64,000 bases of DNA from Acidimicrobiia bacterium (GTDB taxonomy: Bacteria > Actinomycetota > Acidimicrobiia > Spongiisociales > ZC4RG35), in contig JBMDXS010000120.1 of assembly GCA_048595045.1 (NCBI GenBank), positions 3,736 through 67,735 of the forward strand. The letters run 5' to 3'. A model generated the notes under the pieces. It made no database searches and was not told the DNA's origin. It worked only from the letters and a program-made list of their open reading frames with translations. This document shows, one piece after another, positions 19,016 through 27,663 of this stretch (positions within the stretch are counted from its first letter, which is position 1; each line of letters begins with the position of its first letter). A program made the translations under genes and the position numbers.

Positions 19016-19528
19016 ATGACGGCCATCGACGTAGCCCTGCTGCTGTTGCGGTTGTGGGCCGCGATCGTGATCATCGCCCACGGCGTGAACCACGGGAGGA
19101 CCCAGGAGGGTACGGCGAAATGGTTCGCCTCCAAGGGGTTCCGGTCACCCGAGCTGAACGCCCGCATCTCCGCACTGAACGAGATAGCCATCGGGCTCGC
19201 CCTCATCGCCGGCTTCCTCACCTCGGTGGCGGCGGCCGCGCTGGTGGCGACGATGTTCGTTGCCTTCTGGACGATCCATCGTTTTGCCGGCTTCTTCAAC
19301 TTCCATCGCCCCGACGAGGGTTGGGAATACGTGGCGACCTTGTCGGTTATCGGCGTGGCATTGGCCATCGCCGGACCGGGCCGGTACTCGGTCGACGAGG
19401 CGATAGGAATCGCAGGCAACCTGGACGAGTGGGTCGGCCTCGCCATCATCGCCGGAGGCCTTCTCGTGGCGGCGGGGCAGCTGGCCACCTTCTGGCGCAA
19501 GCCGACGAACGTCGGGAGCTCATCTTGA
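19016..19528 (+). CDS. DoxX-family membrane protein
   Basis: Track ORF 18998..19528 trimmed to ATG 19016, which follows GGAGGAGGAGAG. LLLLRLWAAIVIIAHGVNH and four hydrophobic helices. Confidence 0.75.
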   Translation: MTAIDVALLLLRLWAAIVIIAHGVNHGRTQEGTAKWFASKGFRSPELNARISALNEIAIGLALIAGFLTSVAAAALVATMFVAFWTIHRFAGFFNFHRPDEGWEYVATLSVIGVALAIAGPGRYSVDEAIGIAGNLDEWVGLAIIAGGLLVAAGQLATFWRKPTNVGSSS

Positions 19529-20241
19529 GGGTCGGCCCCCTGCCCGACGACTTTCAATTCGCCCGCGATCAGTTGCATCAGCTCGCTTTCTTCGCACTGG
19601 CCCCGGCCCGGTATGCCATCGAGGAGCGGATGGGTCTGCGGTCGACGCCCGGAGGTTTCGGGACCCCCGAGTACGACGGCAAGGTGTCGAGGATCGAGGG
19701 CAGTCTTCTGGTGCAGGAGACCGGCGGGGAGATGGCCACTCAGGTCATCACCACGATCCGTGCGGCGGCGGAGTTCTTCGGCGTGGCATACGACGTCGAC
19801 TGGTTCACCGGGTTCAAGGACCCGCTTCCGGCCATGGAGCCCGACCGCCCGTTGCGCGTCGAAGAGGAGCCTGCGCTCGCCCTGGCCGATTGGTTCGCTT
19901 TCGGGTCCCAGATCCTCGAGACGTTGCGAGGTGAGGGGACCGCCACCGATGATGTTTCGGGGGTCCAACTGTGGCCCGAGCACTTCGACCCCGCCATCGA
20001 GATGGGCAGCGAGACCGAGGGGCGGCGGGCCAGCTATGGAGCGTCACCCGGGGACCGGGGCCATCTCGAGCCCTACCTGTATGTGTCGGCTTGGGGCGAG
20101 ATCGACCGGGATGAGCCCTTTTGGAACGATCGATACTTCAACGGGGCCAGTCTCCCTTACGTCACGTTGCTCGAGGCCGAAGATCAGGAGCGGGTCGCCC
20201 TCGAGTTCCTCACCGAGGGTTACCGGCTCCTGCAACGCTGA
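19525..20241 (+). CDS. conserved hypothetical protein
   Basis: In-frame part of track ORF 19054..20241, with high GC3 throughout. The proposed TTG start at 19525 overlaps the DoxX stop (TTGA); the start is uncertain and ATG near 19630 is an alternative. Confidence 0.55.
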   Translation: MRVGPLPDDFQFARDQLHQLAFFALAPARYAIEERMGLRSTPGGFGTPEYDGKVSRIEGSLLVQETGGEMATQVITTIRAAAEFFGVAYDVDWFTGFKDPLPAMEPDRPLRVEEEPALALADWFAFGSQILETLRGEGTATDDVSGVQLWPEHFDPAIEMGSETEGRRASYGASPGDRGHLEPYLYVSAWGEIDRDEPFWNDRYFNGASLPYVTLLEAEDQERVALEFLTEGYRLLQR

Positions 20242-20244
20242 AGC

Positions 20245-20733
20245 TCATTGCCGGCTGGGCAGCCGAGGATCTGCCGAATGGCCGAATAGCTCGGCGACCA
20301 GGCCGCGGGCGGCAGCCCTGACGATGCGGACCGTCTCGTCGTAGCCGGCCTCGGGCCCACCCCAAGGGTCGGGCACCTCGTCGCTTTCGGCCGAGTCGTC
20401 GTAGGTTCGGAAGAGGCGGGCCCGCGCTCTCGCCTCCCGGGTGGGCGCGAGCTCGTGCAGATCGCGCAGATTGGCCCTGTCCATGGCCAGGAGGATGTCG
20501 AATCGGTCGAAATCGGAAGGGGTCACCTTGCGGGCCCGGCCGTCGATGTGCAGCCCCGCCCGCGCCCCGGCGGCGACACTCTCCGGATGTGGTGGCTGCC
20601 CGATGTGCCACGATCCCGTCCCCGCCGAGTCGGTTGTGATCTCGATATCGGCCTCGGACGCCGCTTCCCTGATCGCGGCCTCCGCCGCCGGGGACCGGCA
20701 GATGTTGCCGGCGCACACCGCGAGGATCCTCAC
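20245..20733 (-). CDS. low-molecular-weight protein-tyrosine phosphatase
   Basis: 162-aa ORF. P-loop VCAGNICRSP, DSAGTGSWHIG, and the Asp loop VPDPWGG. Confidence 0.85.
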   Translation of the reverse strand: MRILAVCAGNICRSPAAEAAIREAASEADIEITTDSAGTGSWHIGQPPHPESVAAGARAGLHIDGRARKVTPSDFDRFDILLAMDRANLRDLHELAPTREARARARLFRTYDDSAESDEVPDPWGGPEAGYDETVRIVRAAARGLVAELFGHSADPRLPSRQ

Positions 20734-21650
20734 GTCGCCTCTTCGGCCAGCCGGGCCCGGGCCAGCTCGACATAGCCGGGATCGGTCTCGACGCCCACGT
20801 AACGGCGCCCTGTCCTGGTCGCCGCCACGGCGGTGGTGCCAGAGCCGATGAATGGGTCGAGCACCAGGTCGCCTTCGTAGGTGTAGAGCTCGATCAGACG
20901 GCGGGGCAAGGCGACCGGGAAGGGAGCCGGATGGCCGATGCGCCGAGCGCTCTCCGACGGGATCTCCCAGACGTCGAGGGTCGCCTCGAGGAACTCGTCG
21001 GTCGGGATCGTCGGCAGGTGGGGTCGACCCTCCTCCTCACGACGGGCCCGACTCAGAGCCCGATCGAACCTTCCCTTCGATGCGATGACCACCCTTTCGG
21101 TGACGTCCCGAAGCACTGGGTTCTGCGGGGAACGAAACGAGCCCCACGCGCAACTCCCTCCAGCCCCCTTCGCCTTCTGCCAGATGACCTCGCCCCGCAT
21201 CAGCATGCCGAGGTCGTCCTGGAGGATCGAGATGATGTCGGCAGAGAGGGATCGATAGGGCTTGCGGCCGAGGTTGGCCACGTTGATCGCCATCCGGCCC
21301 CCCGGCTCCAGCTTTCGCAGGCAGACGGCGAGTGCCTCGGTGAGCATCTCGAGGTACTCGACATATGACGACGGCACGTGGCCGGCGGCCAGATCTGTCT
21401 CATACTCCTTCCCGGCGAAATACGGGGGTGAGGTGACCACCAGGGCCACAGAGCGGTCGGCCACCATCTCGTCGGTGATGTCACGTGCGTCGGCGTTCCA
21501 GATCAGGTCGATGGCGACTGGCTCCGCCACCCTCTCGTCCCGGGTGACGGTCGGCGGGGTGAAGCGGTCGTAGAACGACGAGGAGTCGTGTGACTCCCGT
21601 TTCCCGGATCCGAAATGGGTTGTGGCCGTGGCCGTCCGCCGCCTCGCCAT
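20730..21650 (-). CDS. beta-class DNA methyltransferase (N4-C/N6-A family) with an SPPY catalytic motif
   Basis: Track ORF 20730..21752 trimmed to the Met at 21650 (MARRRTATATTHFGSGKRESHDSSSFYDRF). The longer form would overlap the GNAT gene and cover a palindrome. Motif IV is VVTSPPYFAGKEYE and motif I is LDPFIGSGTTAVAA. 4-nt overlap with the phosphatase gene. Confidence 0.8.
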   Translation of the reverse strand: MARRRTATATTHFGSGKRESHDSSSFYDRFTPPTVTRDERVAEPVAIDLIWNADARDITDEMVADRSVALVVTSPPYFAGKEYETDLAAGHVPSSYVEYLEMLTEALAVCLRKLEPGGRMAINVANLGRKPYRSLSADIISILQDDLGMLMRGEVIWQKAKGAGGSCAWGSFRSPQNPVLRDVTERVVIASKGRFDRALSRARREEEGRPHLPTIPTDEFLEATLDVWEIPSESARRIGHPAPFPVALPRRLIELYTYEGDLVLDPFIGSGTTAVAATRTGRRYVGVETDPGYVELARARLAEEAT

Positions 21651-21709
21651 GAGCGGGAAGTTACCCGCCACCCCTGGGGAGACATCGGCATACCCTGATG
21701 GGTCAACTA

Positions 21710-21727
21710 TGCTTGCAATTGCAAGCA
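21710..21727. promoter_or_regulatory. perfect 18-bp palindrome (candidate operator)
   Basis: TGCTTGCAATTGCAAGCA equals its own reverse complement. It lies 8 nt upstream of the GNAT ATG and 60 nt upstream of the trimmed methyltransferase start, and it overlaps a TATGCT -10-like hexamer. Confidence 0.5.
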
Positions 21728-21734
21728 CCGGCTG

Positions 21735-22316
21735 ATGACCATCGAGAACCAAGACGACGAAGTAATCCAGGTACCTCTCCGTGACGGGTCGGTGGCCGAG
21801 ATGAGACCGGTAAATCCCGGTGACAAGGAACTGCTCGTGGAGGGTCTGAGCCAGATGTCACCACAGAGCAGGCGGGCTCGCTTCGGTTCGGGGATCTCCG
21901 CTCTCAGCGCGTCCGAGCTCCGTTACCTGACGGACGTGAACCAGGTGAGCCACGTGGCCTGGGGAGCGACGATCGACGATGACCCAGCCGGCGTAGGGCG
22001 CTACATCGTCGATGGTGTCGATGCCGAGATCGCGATCACCGTGGTCGATCGATTCCAACGACGCGGTCTGGGTCGGGCCATCTTCGAGGCGCTGGCGGCC
22101 ACGGCACGAGCCGCCGGCCTCGAGACGCTGCATTTCGTCGTCGAGCCGTGGAACAGGCCCGTCCTTCACATGCTGGCCGGGATCGATTTCGTCGAGGACG
22201 GCGACGGGATGCTCACCGGCCGTATCGCAGTGGCCGACATACCCAGGGCCGCTCGGGAGCCCGAGTTCGTGGAGTTGCTCGATCGCGACCGGCAGCGCAT
22301 GGCCGGTCCCGTCTGA
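21735..22316 (+). CDS. GNAT-family N-acetyltransferase
   Basis: 193-aa ORF with the acetyl-CoA motif VVDRFQRRGLGRAIFEAL. Confidence 0.75.
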   Translation: MTIENQDDEVIQVPLRDGSVAEMRPVNPGDKELLVEGLSQMSPQSRRARFGSGISALSASELRYLTDVNQVSHVAWGATIDDDPAGVGRYIVDGVDAEIAITVVDRFQRRGLGRAIFEALAATARAAGLETLHFVVEPWNRPVLHMLAGIDFVEDGDGMLTGRIAVADIPRAAREPEFVELLDRDRQRMAGPV

Positions 22317-22317
22317 G

Positions 22318-22734
22318 CTACTCGGCGCGATCGAGGTCGAGCGCAGCCGAGTTGATGCAGTACCGGAGCCCGGTCGGGCTCGGCCCGTCGTCGAACAGGT
22401 GTCCCAGGTGCCCACCGCATCTGGCGCACTTCACCTCGGTTCTCACCATCCCGTGCGATATGTCTCTCGACTCCTCGACCCGGTCGGGGTCCAAGGCCTG
22501 ATAGAAGCTGGGCCAGCCGGAGTGTGACTCGTACTTGGTGTCGCTGGCGAACAACTCCTCGCCACATCCGGCACAGCGATAGGTGCCCTCGGTCTTGGTG
22601 TCCCAGTATTTCCCGGTGAAGGCGCGCTCGGTTCCCGCCTGACGCAGAACCTGATATTGCTCGGGCGAGAGCTTCTCTCGCCATTCGGCATCGGTGCGGG
22701 GGATGTCGGCCGCCGTGTCTCTCTGTTCGCTCAT
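22318..22734 (-). CDS. msrB: peptide-methionine (R)-S-oxide reductase
   Basis: Track ORF 22318..22893 trimmed to ATG 22734 (MSEQRDT...). Motifs CAGCG and [17 protein letters not shown] and GLRYCINS. Confidence 0.9.
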   Translation of the reverse strand: MSEQRDTAADIPRTDAEWREKLSPEQYQVLRQAGTERAFTGKYWDTKTEGTYRCAGCGEELFASDTKYESHSGWPSFYQALDPDRVEESRDISHGMVRTEVKCARCGGHLGHLFDDGPSPTGLRYCINSAALDLDRAE

Positions 22735-22741
22735 GTCAGTG

Positions 22742-23215
22742 TCAATCCACCTCCAAGGGAGATTGTTCCCGGCGTGCTGCGAGATGATCGACGAGGCGGT
22801 CGACGAAGACACCGAGGGCGGGATTGAGCTTTGCCTTCGCCTCCTCCGCGCCCACCCAGCGCACCTGGTCGATCTCGGGGTGGCTGACGCCATTGATGAA
22901 GAACAGACCAGGCACCAGGGTGGCGGGGTCGAAGTCGGCCTCGACGCCGTAAGCCACCACGACCTTGCGCGACTTGAGGGTGGTCTCGCCCAACTCGATC
23001 CAGGGCCGGGCTGGTGCCGGCCAGCCGGTCTCTTCCTCGAACTCCCGCAACGCCGCCTCCAGATCAGACTCCTCCGGCTCCACGATGCCCTTGACGATCG
23101 ACCACCACCCGTTGTCCCGGCGGGCGAAATAAGGCCCGCCCGGATGGGCGATCATGACCTGGATCTCACCGTCTGATCGGAAGGGGAGAAGACCCGCGGA
23201 TCTCAACAAGGCCAA
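22742..23215 (-). CDS. NUDIX hydrolase
   Basis: C-terminal part of track ORF 22742..24379. [25 protein letters not shown] and the Nudix-box-like [22 protein letters not shown]. The proposed TTG start at 23215 is uncertain. Confidence 0.7.
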   Translation of the reverse strand: MALLRSAGLLPFRSDGEIQVMIAHPGGPYFARRDNGWWSIVKGIVEPEESDLEAALREFEEETGWPAPARPWIELGETTLKSRKVVVAYGVEADFDPATLVPGLFFINGVSHPEIDQVRWVGAEEAKAKLNPALGVFVDRLVDHLAARREQSPLEVD

Positions 23216-23230
23216 GGTTACGCTGGCCCG

Positions 23231-24253
23231 GTGACTGTGATCCAGGGCAGGGATCGCCTCGCCGATGGAGTGATGATGGCCCTGCCCTCGTTCCGCCTCC
23301 ACCGAGATGAGCCGTTGGGGGCAGGGTTGAAGAGGCTCAGCCTGGAGGCAATCGACGATGCGATCGCGGTCTTCTACGACGGTGAGGACGTGTTCCGGGA
23401 GGCGGTCCACACCTCCCGCAAGGCGACGAAACGGATAAGGGCCTTGCTCCGCCTGGTCCGCTCCGAGTTGGGAGACCAGGTATATCGCTTCGAGAACGTC
23501 TCGATGCGAGACACATCGAGACTGCTCTCCGAGGTCCGAACTTCGGCGGTCTTGGTCAATGGGGCACAGGACATCCGTGACATCTACGCCCCGATCCTGG
23601 CCCCGGGCACCTTCGAGGAGGTGGTGGAGAGGCTGACCAGCCAACGGGACCGCATGGAGCAGAGAGCGATGGAGGATCCCGAGGTGGTGCCCCGCGTCGT
23701 GTCGAATCTGGAGCGGGCCCGCCAGCGCTATGAATCCTGGCCATCGGACTCGGACGCCCGCCGGGTCTATGGCGTCGGCATCCGCAACGACTATCGCGCC
23801 ATCGGCCCCGGATTGAGGAGGACCCATTCCAGGGGCCGTGCCGAGATGGTGGTCGCCTACCAGAAGCGGAGCCCCGAGGCGTTCCACATGTGGAGGAAAC
23901 GAGCCAAATATCTCAAACACCAGATGGAGATCCTCACCCCGCTCTGGCCCGAGGTGATGATCGGCATGACCCTCACCCTCGACCGGATCGCCGAGATCCT
24001 CGGGCAGGATCGCGACCTCGCCGAGCTGCTCGAGACCCTGGCCAAACGTCCCGACATCTGTCCCAACCCGTTGGAACGATCTCTGATGAGCGCGCTGGCC
24101 GAGCAACGGCGCTCTGATCTTCAGACGGCTGCCCGGATCCTCGGCCGGCGCATCTATGCCGAGAAGCCCGATGCATTCGCAGCCCGACTTGGCGCGTATT
24201 GGGAGTCGATGGAGCTGGCTCGCGTCACCACCCTGGCCTCGATTCCCGCCTAG
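23231..24253 (+). CDS. CHAD-domain protein
   Basis: 340-aa all-helical ORF. VHTSRKATKRIRALLRLV and FHMWRKRAKYLKHQMEIL match conserved His/Arg-rich CHAD helices. The start may instead be the Met at 23273. Confidence 0.7.
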   Translation: MTVIQGRDRLADGVMMALPSFRLHRDEPLGAGLKRLSLEAIDDAIAVFYDGEDVFREAVHTSRKATKRIRALLRLVRSELGDQVYRFENVSMRDTSRLLSEVRTSAVLVNGAQDIRDIYAPILAPGTFEEVVERLTSQRDRMEQRAMEDPEVVPRVVSNLERARQRYESWPSDSDARRVYGVGIRNDYRAIGPGLRRTHSRGRAEMVVAYQKRSPEAFHMWRKRAKYLKHQMEILTPLWPEVMIGMTLTLDRIAEILGQDRDLAELLETLAKRPDICPNPLERSLMSALAEQRRSDLQTAARILGRRIYAEKPDAFAARLGAYWESMELARVTTLASIPA

Positions 24254-24287
24254 GTCGACAGGTCGTCCCAGCCGGTAATGTCTGCCC

Positions 24288-25031
24288 ATGGCCGACATGG
24301 GCCGTGTTCGAGTCGAACCGTGCACCAAACGGGTTCGGGCGGTGTTGGGTGACGAGGTCGTGGCCGACTCCTCCGCCACCCTGCTGGTGTGGGAGGTGCC
24401 CTATTACCCCACGTACTACTTCCCATCATCGGATGTGCGCACGGATTTGCTGACCGCGACGGGCGAGTCGAGGCGGTCCCCGAGCCGTGGTGAGGCCACC
24501 CAGTACATCGTGAAGGCGGGGGAGGCACAAGGGGCGGCGTACGCCTTTCACGACCCCAACATGCCCGAACTGGGCGACCGCTACGTGCTGGTGTGGAACA
24601 CGATGGACCACTGGTACGAGGAGGACGACGAGGTCTTCGTCCATGCCCGGGACCCACACACCCGCGTCGACATCCTCGCCTCGAGCCGGCGGGTGCGGGT
24701 CGAGGTCGACGGGGTCACCATCGCCGACAGCAACAAGGGGCGGTTCCTCTTCGAGACCGGTCTCCCTGCCCGTTACTACCTCCCCAAGGACGACGTCCGC
24801 ATGGACCTGCTCACTCCGACCGAGAGGATCACGCAATGTCCTTACAAGGGAACCGCTCGGTATTGGTCGGTGACCACTGACGACGCCACCTACCCGGACC
24901 TGGTCTGGGGTTATGAGAATCCGCTGCCGGAGTCGGAGCGGATCGCGGGGATGGTCTGCTTCTACAACGAGAGTGCCGACATCTACCTTGACGAGGTCCT
25001 ACAGGATCGACCGAAGACCAAGTTCGGTTGA
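24288..25031 (+). CDS. tandem DUF427-domain protein
   Basis: 247-aa ORF. Two internal copies of the pattern (V...ADS...LL.E...P.YYFP..DV..DLL and CPYKGTARYWSV). Confidence 0.6.
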   Translation: MADMGRVRVEPCTKRVRAVLGDEVVADSSATLLVWEVPYYPTYYFPSSDVRTDLLTATGESRRSPSRGEATQYIVKAGEAQGAAYAFHDPNMPELGDRYVLVWNTMDHWYEEDDEVFVHARDPHTRVDILASSRRVRVEVDGVTIADSNKGRFLFETGLPARYYLPKDDVRMDLLTPTERITQCPYKGTARYWSVTTDDATYPDLVWGYENPLPESERIAGMVCFYNESADIYLDEVLQDRPKTKFG

Positions 25032-25135
25032 CCGGGCCCCCGGCCGGCTCAGGTCGTAGCTGAGGGGATCCGGCCAGATTGGGACACGGAGTCATCCATT
25101 GTGCACCTCTCGGTCCAATCTCGGTGCAGGTCTGC

Positions 25136-26197
25136 TCACCCGGGCAGGATCAGATGGCTGTCCCCGAACTCATGCCATAGGTAGCCACATTCGAGGGCGG
25201 CCCGGTAGCTGTTGGCCAGGGCCGATCGGCCGGCGAAGGCCTCGAGCAGGTCGAGATGGGTCGACTCCGGCTCGTGCCAGCCGGTCACCAGCCCGTCGAC
25301 GACCCCGGGCTCGTGATGCGGACCGATCACCAGATCGGTCCAGGATCGCCCCGGGTGGGACACACCCCTGGAATCGGCGGTGGTCTCCAGGGCACGAACC
25401 ACGGTGGTACCCACCGCGATCACCCGGCCCCCACTGGACCTGGTGTGGTTGACCAGGGCGGCGGTCGGCTCCGGGATGTCGAACCACTCCGGGTACGGGC
25501 CCTCACCCGCCTCCAGTGACGACACGCCGGTGTGCAGGGTGAGGGTGGCAATGGCGACGCCGGACAGGGTCAGCTCGGTGACCAGGCGCTCGGTGAACGG
25601 CCGACCGGCGCTCGGCATCTCGGCTGACCCGGGTTTGCGGGCGAAGATGGTCTGGTAAGCCTCGATCTTGTACGGCCCATCGGTGTGCCGATAGCGGATC
25701 GGCCGGCCCCAGGTCGTCAGATACTCCGTCGTCGGACCGGGCAGCTCCGTGCGGGCCACCCAGAGCCGGTGAGGTTCCCCGGCGCCGTCGGGGTAGGGAG
25801 CCAGCAACTCGAGCATGGCGCCGCCGGGCAGACTCAGACGCCCCGGCGCGATGCTCTCGTAGGGGAGCGAGGCGGCGCCAGACGGACGACGCGGCTCCAC
25901 CACATGCAATCCACCAGGGAGCCGGGTCGAGAAGTGTATGACCAGGCTTCGGTCGACCATCACCGCGGCGGGCAAGGTCGCGGAGTCGTTGACGACGACG
26001 AGGTCCCCGGTAGTCAGCAGAACGGGCAGGTCGGAGAAGACGTGGTGGCCGATCCCCTCTGGACCCGTGGTCATCAGACGCACCCGGTCACGTCTGATCC
26101 CCCTCGTCTCTGGCGGCCTGGTCGCCTCCAAGTCAGTCGGGATGGTGAAGCCATCGAGCAGATCGGCGCTCCGCAAGGCCGCAGGGGCGGGGCTCAC
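25136..26197 (-). CDS. divergent QueA-like S-adenosylmethionine ribosyltransferase-isomerase homolog
   Basis: Track ORF 25136..26827 trimmed to GTG 26197, giving 353 aa. YQTIFARKPGSAEMPSAGRPFT, VIAVGTTVVRALE, TGWHEPESTH and EFGDSHLI align by eye with E. coli QueA blocks. GTGA overlap with the SDR gene. Confidence 0.7.
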   Translation of the reverse strand: MSPAPAALRSADLLDGFTIPTDLEATRPPETRGIRRDRVRLMTTGPEGIGHHVFSDLPVLLTTGDLVVVNDSATLPAAVMVDRSLVIHFSTRLPGGLHVVEPRRPSGAASLPYESIAPGRLSLPGGAMLELLAPYPDGAGEPHRLWVARTELPGPTTEYLTTWGRPIRYRHTDGPYKIEAYQTIFARKPGSAEMPSAGRPFTERLVTELTLSGVAIATLTLHTGVSSLEAGEGPYPEWFDIPEPTAALVNHTRSSGGRVIAVGTTVVRALETTADSRGVSHPGRSWTDLVIGPHHEPGVVDGLVTGWHEPESTHLDLLEAFAGRSALANSYRAALECGYLWHEFGDSHLILPG

Positions 26198-26901
26198 GCC
26201 CCCACCTCCTCGGCCAGGAGGTCGGCGGCGCGGTAGCGGCCACTCGGGTGATTCCCATCCAGAAGCCGTATCACCGCGGGCACCCTGGTGGCGGGGAGGG
26301 GACGATCCGAGATGTCCTCTCCCGGGAATGCCTCCTGGTGCATCCTCGTGTTCATGTCCCCGGGGTCGAGCCAGTAGATGGTGATGCCGGTCTCTTCGGC
26401 GGCAAGGACGTTGGATAGCTGCTCCAGGGCGGCCTTGGAGGCGCCATACCCGCCCCACCCCTCGTAGCTCTCGACGGCGGCGTCGGATGTGACGTTGATC
26501 ACGGTGCCCTGGGTCTGCCGGAGGTAAGGCAGCGCGACCTGGATCAGCCGGAGGGGTGCGATCAGATTCGTGGCGAGGACCCTTTCCAGGACCTCGACCG
26601 GATATTCCGCCAGCAATGGCTGTGGGCTGGGGCCCAACAGGCTGGCGTTGTTGACCAGGAGAGAGAAGCCGCCCACCGACGTGGCCGCTTCGACCAGGCT
26701 GCGTAGATGACCGTGATCGGTGACGTCTCCGTCGAGGGCGGTGACGCTGCCGCTCCCGGCCGCGTCGATCCGGGACGCCGCCCGTCCCAGGTCTTCCGGA
26801 TGCCGCGCATCGACTACGAGGTCCCATCCCGCTCCGGCCAGCTCCAGGGCCAGGGCGAGCCCGAAGCCGCGCGATGCCCCGGTCACGATGGCTGTGCTCA
26901 T
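26194..26901 (-). CDS. short-chain dehydrogenase/reductase
   Basis: Track ORF 26194..27015 trimmed to ATG 26901 (MSTAIVTGASRGFG). NNAS and YGASKAAL (YxxxK). Confidence 0.85.
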   Translation of the reverse strand: MSTAIVTGASRGFGLALALELAGAGWDLVVDARHPEDLGRAASRIDAAGSGSVTALDGDVTDHGHLRSLVEAATSVGGFSLLVNNASLLGPSPQPLLAEYPVEVLERVLATNLIAPLRLIQVALPYLRQTQGTVINVTSDAAVESYEGWGGYGASKAALEQLSNVLAAEETGITIYWLDPGDMNTRMHQEAFPGEDISDRPLPATRVPAVIRLLDGNHPSGRYRAADLLAEEVGA

Positions 26902-27018
26902 GGTCCCAAGGTATGACCCGGCCCTTTCGGGGTCATCGGTCCCCGGCCCGATTCGGGCTACGTCTGCGGACCTAGGAGCCCATTTGACCGTCAGACCGGG
27001 AACGCCGGCCGACAACGG

Positions 27019-27663
27019 TCAGTGGTCGACCAGCCCGCTCTTGACGGCGAAAAGGGCGGCCTGCGTCCGGTCGTCCAGGCCCAGCTTGCGCAGTACCGCT
27101 GACACGTGGGTCTTCACCGTCTTCTCCGAAACGAACAGCTCTTCGGCTAGACGGGCATTCGACCACCCCTGGCCCAGCCCGGCCAGGACCTCACGCTCGC
27201 GGGCGGTGAGATCGGCCAGGGCCTCGTGAGGGTCGCCCCCGGAGACGAAGGCGGACAACGCGGCGGCCGCCTCTTGGGCATACACGGTTCTCCCGTCGGC
27301 CAGCTCCCTGATGGCCTCGGCGAGCTGGTCGGGGTCGGTGTCCTTGAGCAGATAGCCGTCGGCGCCGGCTCTGATCGCGGGCACCACTTCGCGTCGATCG
27401 GCGAAGCCGGTGAGGACGAGCACCTTGACGGATGGTCTCCATTTGCGCATCTCCGGGATGAGCTCGGCGCCAGCGGCGTCGGGAAGATGGAGGTCGAGCA
27501 GCACGAGGTCCGGCTCGCCCGTGGCCAGCTCCCGCATCGCCTCGCGACCGTCGCCTGCCTCGCCGACCACCTCCATGCCGGGCTGGGTCTCGAGGAAGGC
27601 GCGCAGGCCCTTGCGCACGACGGGGTGGTCGTCGACGATCATGACTCTGATGTCGTGGCTCAC
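27019..27663 (-). CDS. NarL/LuxR-family response regulator
   Basis: 214-aa ORF with VMIVDDHP, DLVLLDLHLPD, and the C-terminal HTH LTAREREVLAGLGQGWSNARLAEELFVSEKTVKTHV. Confidence 0.9.
   Translation of the reverse strand: MSHDIRVMIVDDHPVVRKGLRAFLETQPGMEVVGEAGDGREAMRELATGEPDLVLLDLHLPDAAGAELIPEMRKWRPSVKVLVLTGFADRREVVPAIRAGADGYLLKDTDPDQLAEAIRELADGRTVYAQEAAAALSAFVSGGDPHEALADLTAREREVLAGLGQGWSNARLAEELFVSEKTVKTHVSAVLRKLGLDDRTQAALFAVKSGLVDH

Noticed and set aside
23216-24379. Upstream part of the 545-aa minus-strand ORF 22742..24379
   Set aside because: It is antisense to the CHAD gene. Only the last 157 codons or so look like a real (NUDIX) protein.
26198-26827. Upstream part of the 563-aa minus-strand ORF 25136..26827
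   Set aside because: It is out of frame with, and overlaps, the SDR gene, which has clear TGxxxGxG and YxxxK motifs. The QueA-like similarity starts only near GTG 26197.
26913-26936. ATGACCC...GGGTCAT hairpin between the response-regulator gene and the SDR gene
   Set aside because: The stem is only 7 bp with a bulge and there is no U-tract on the transcribed strand. This is too weak to call a terminator.
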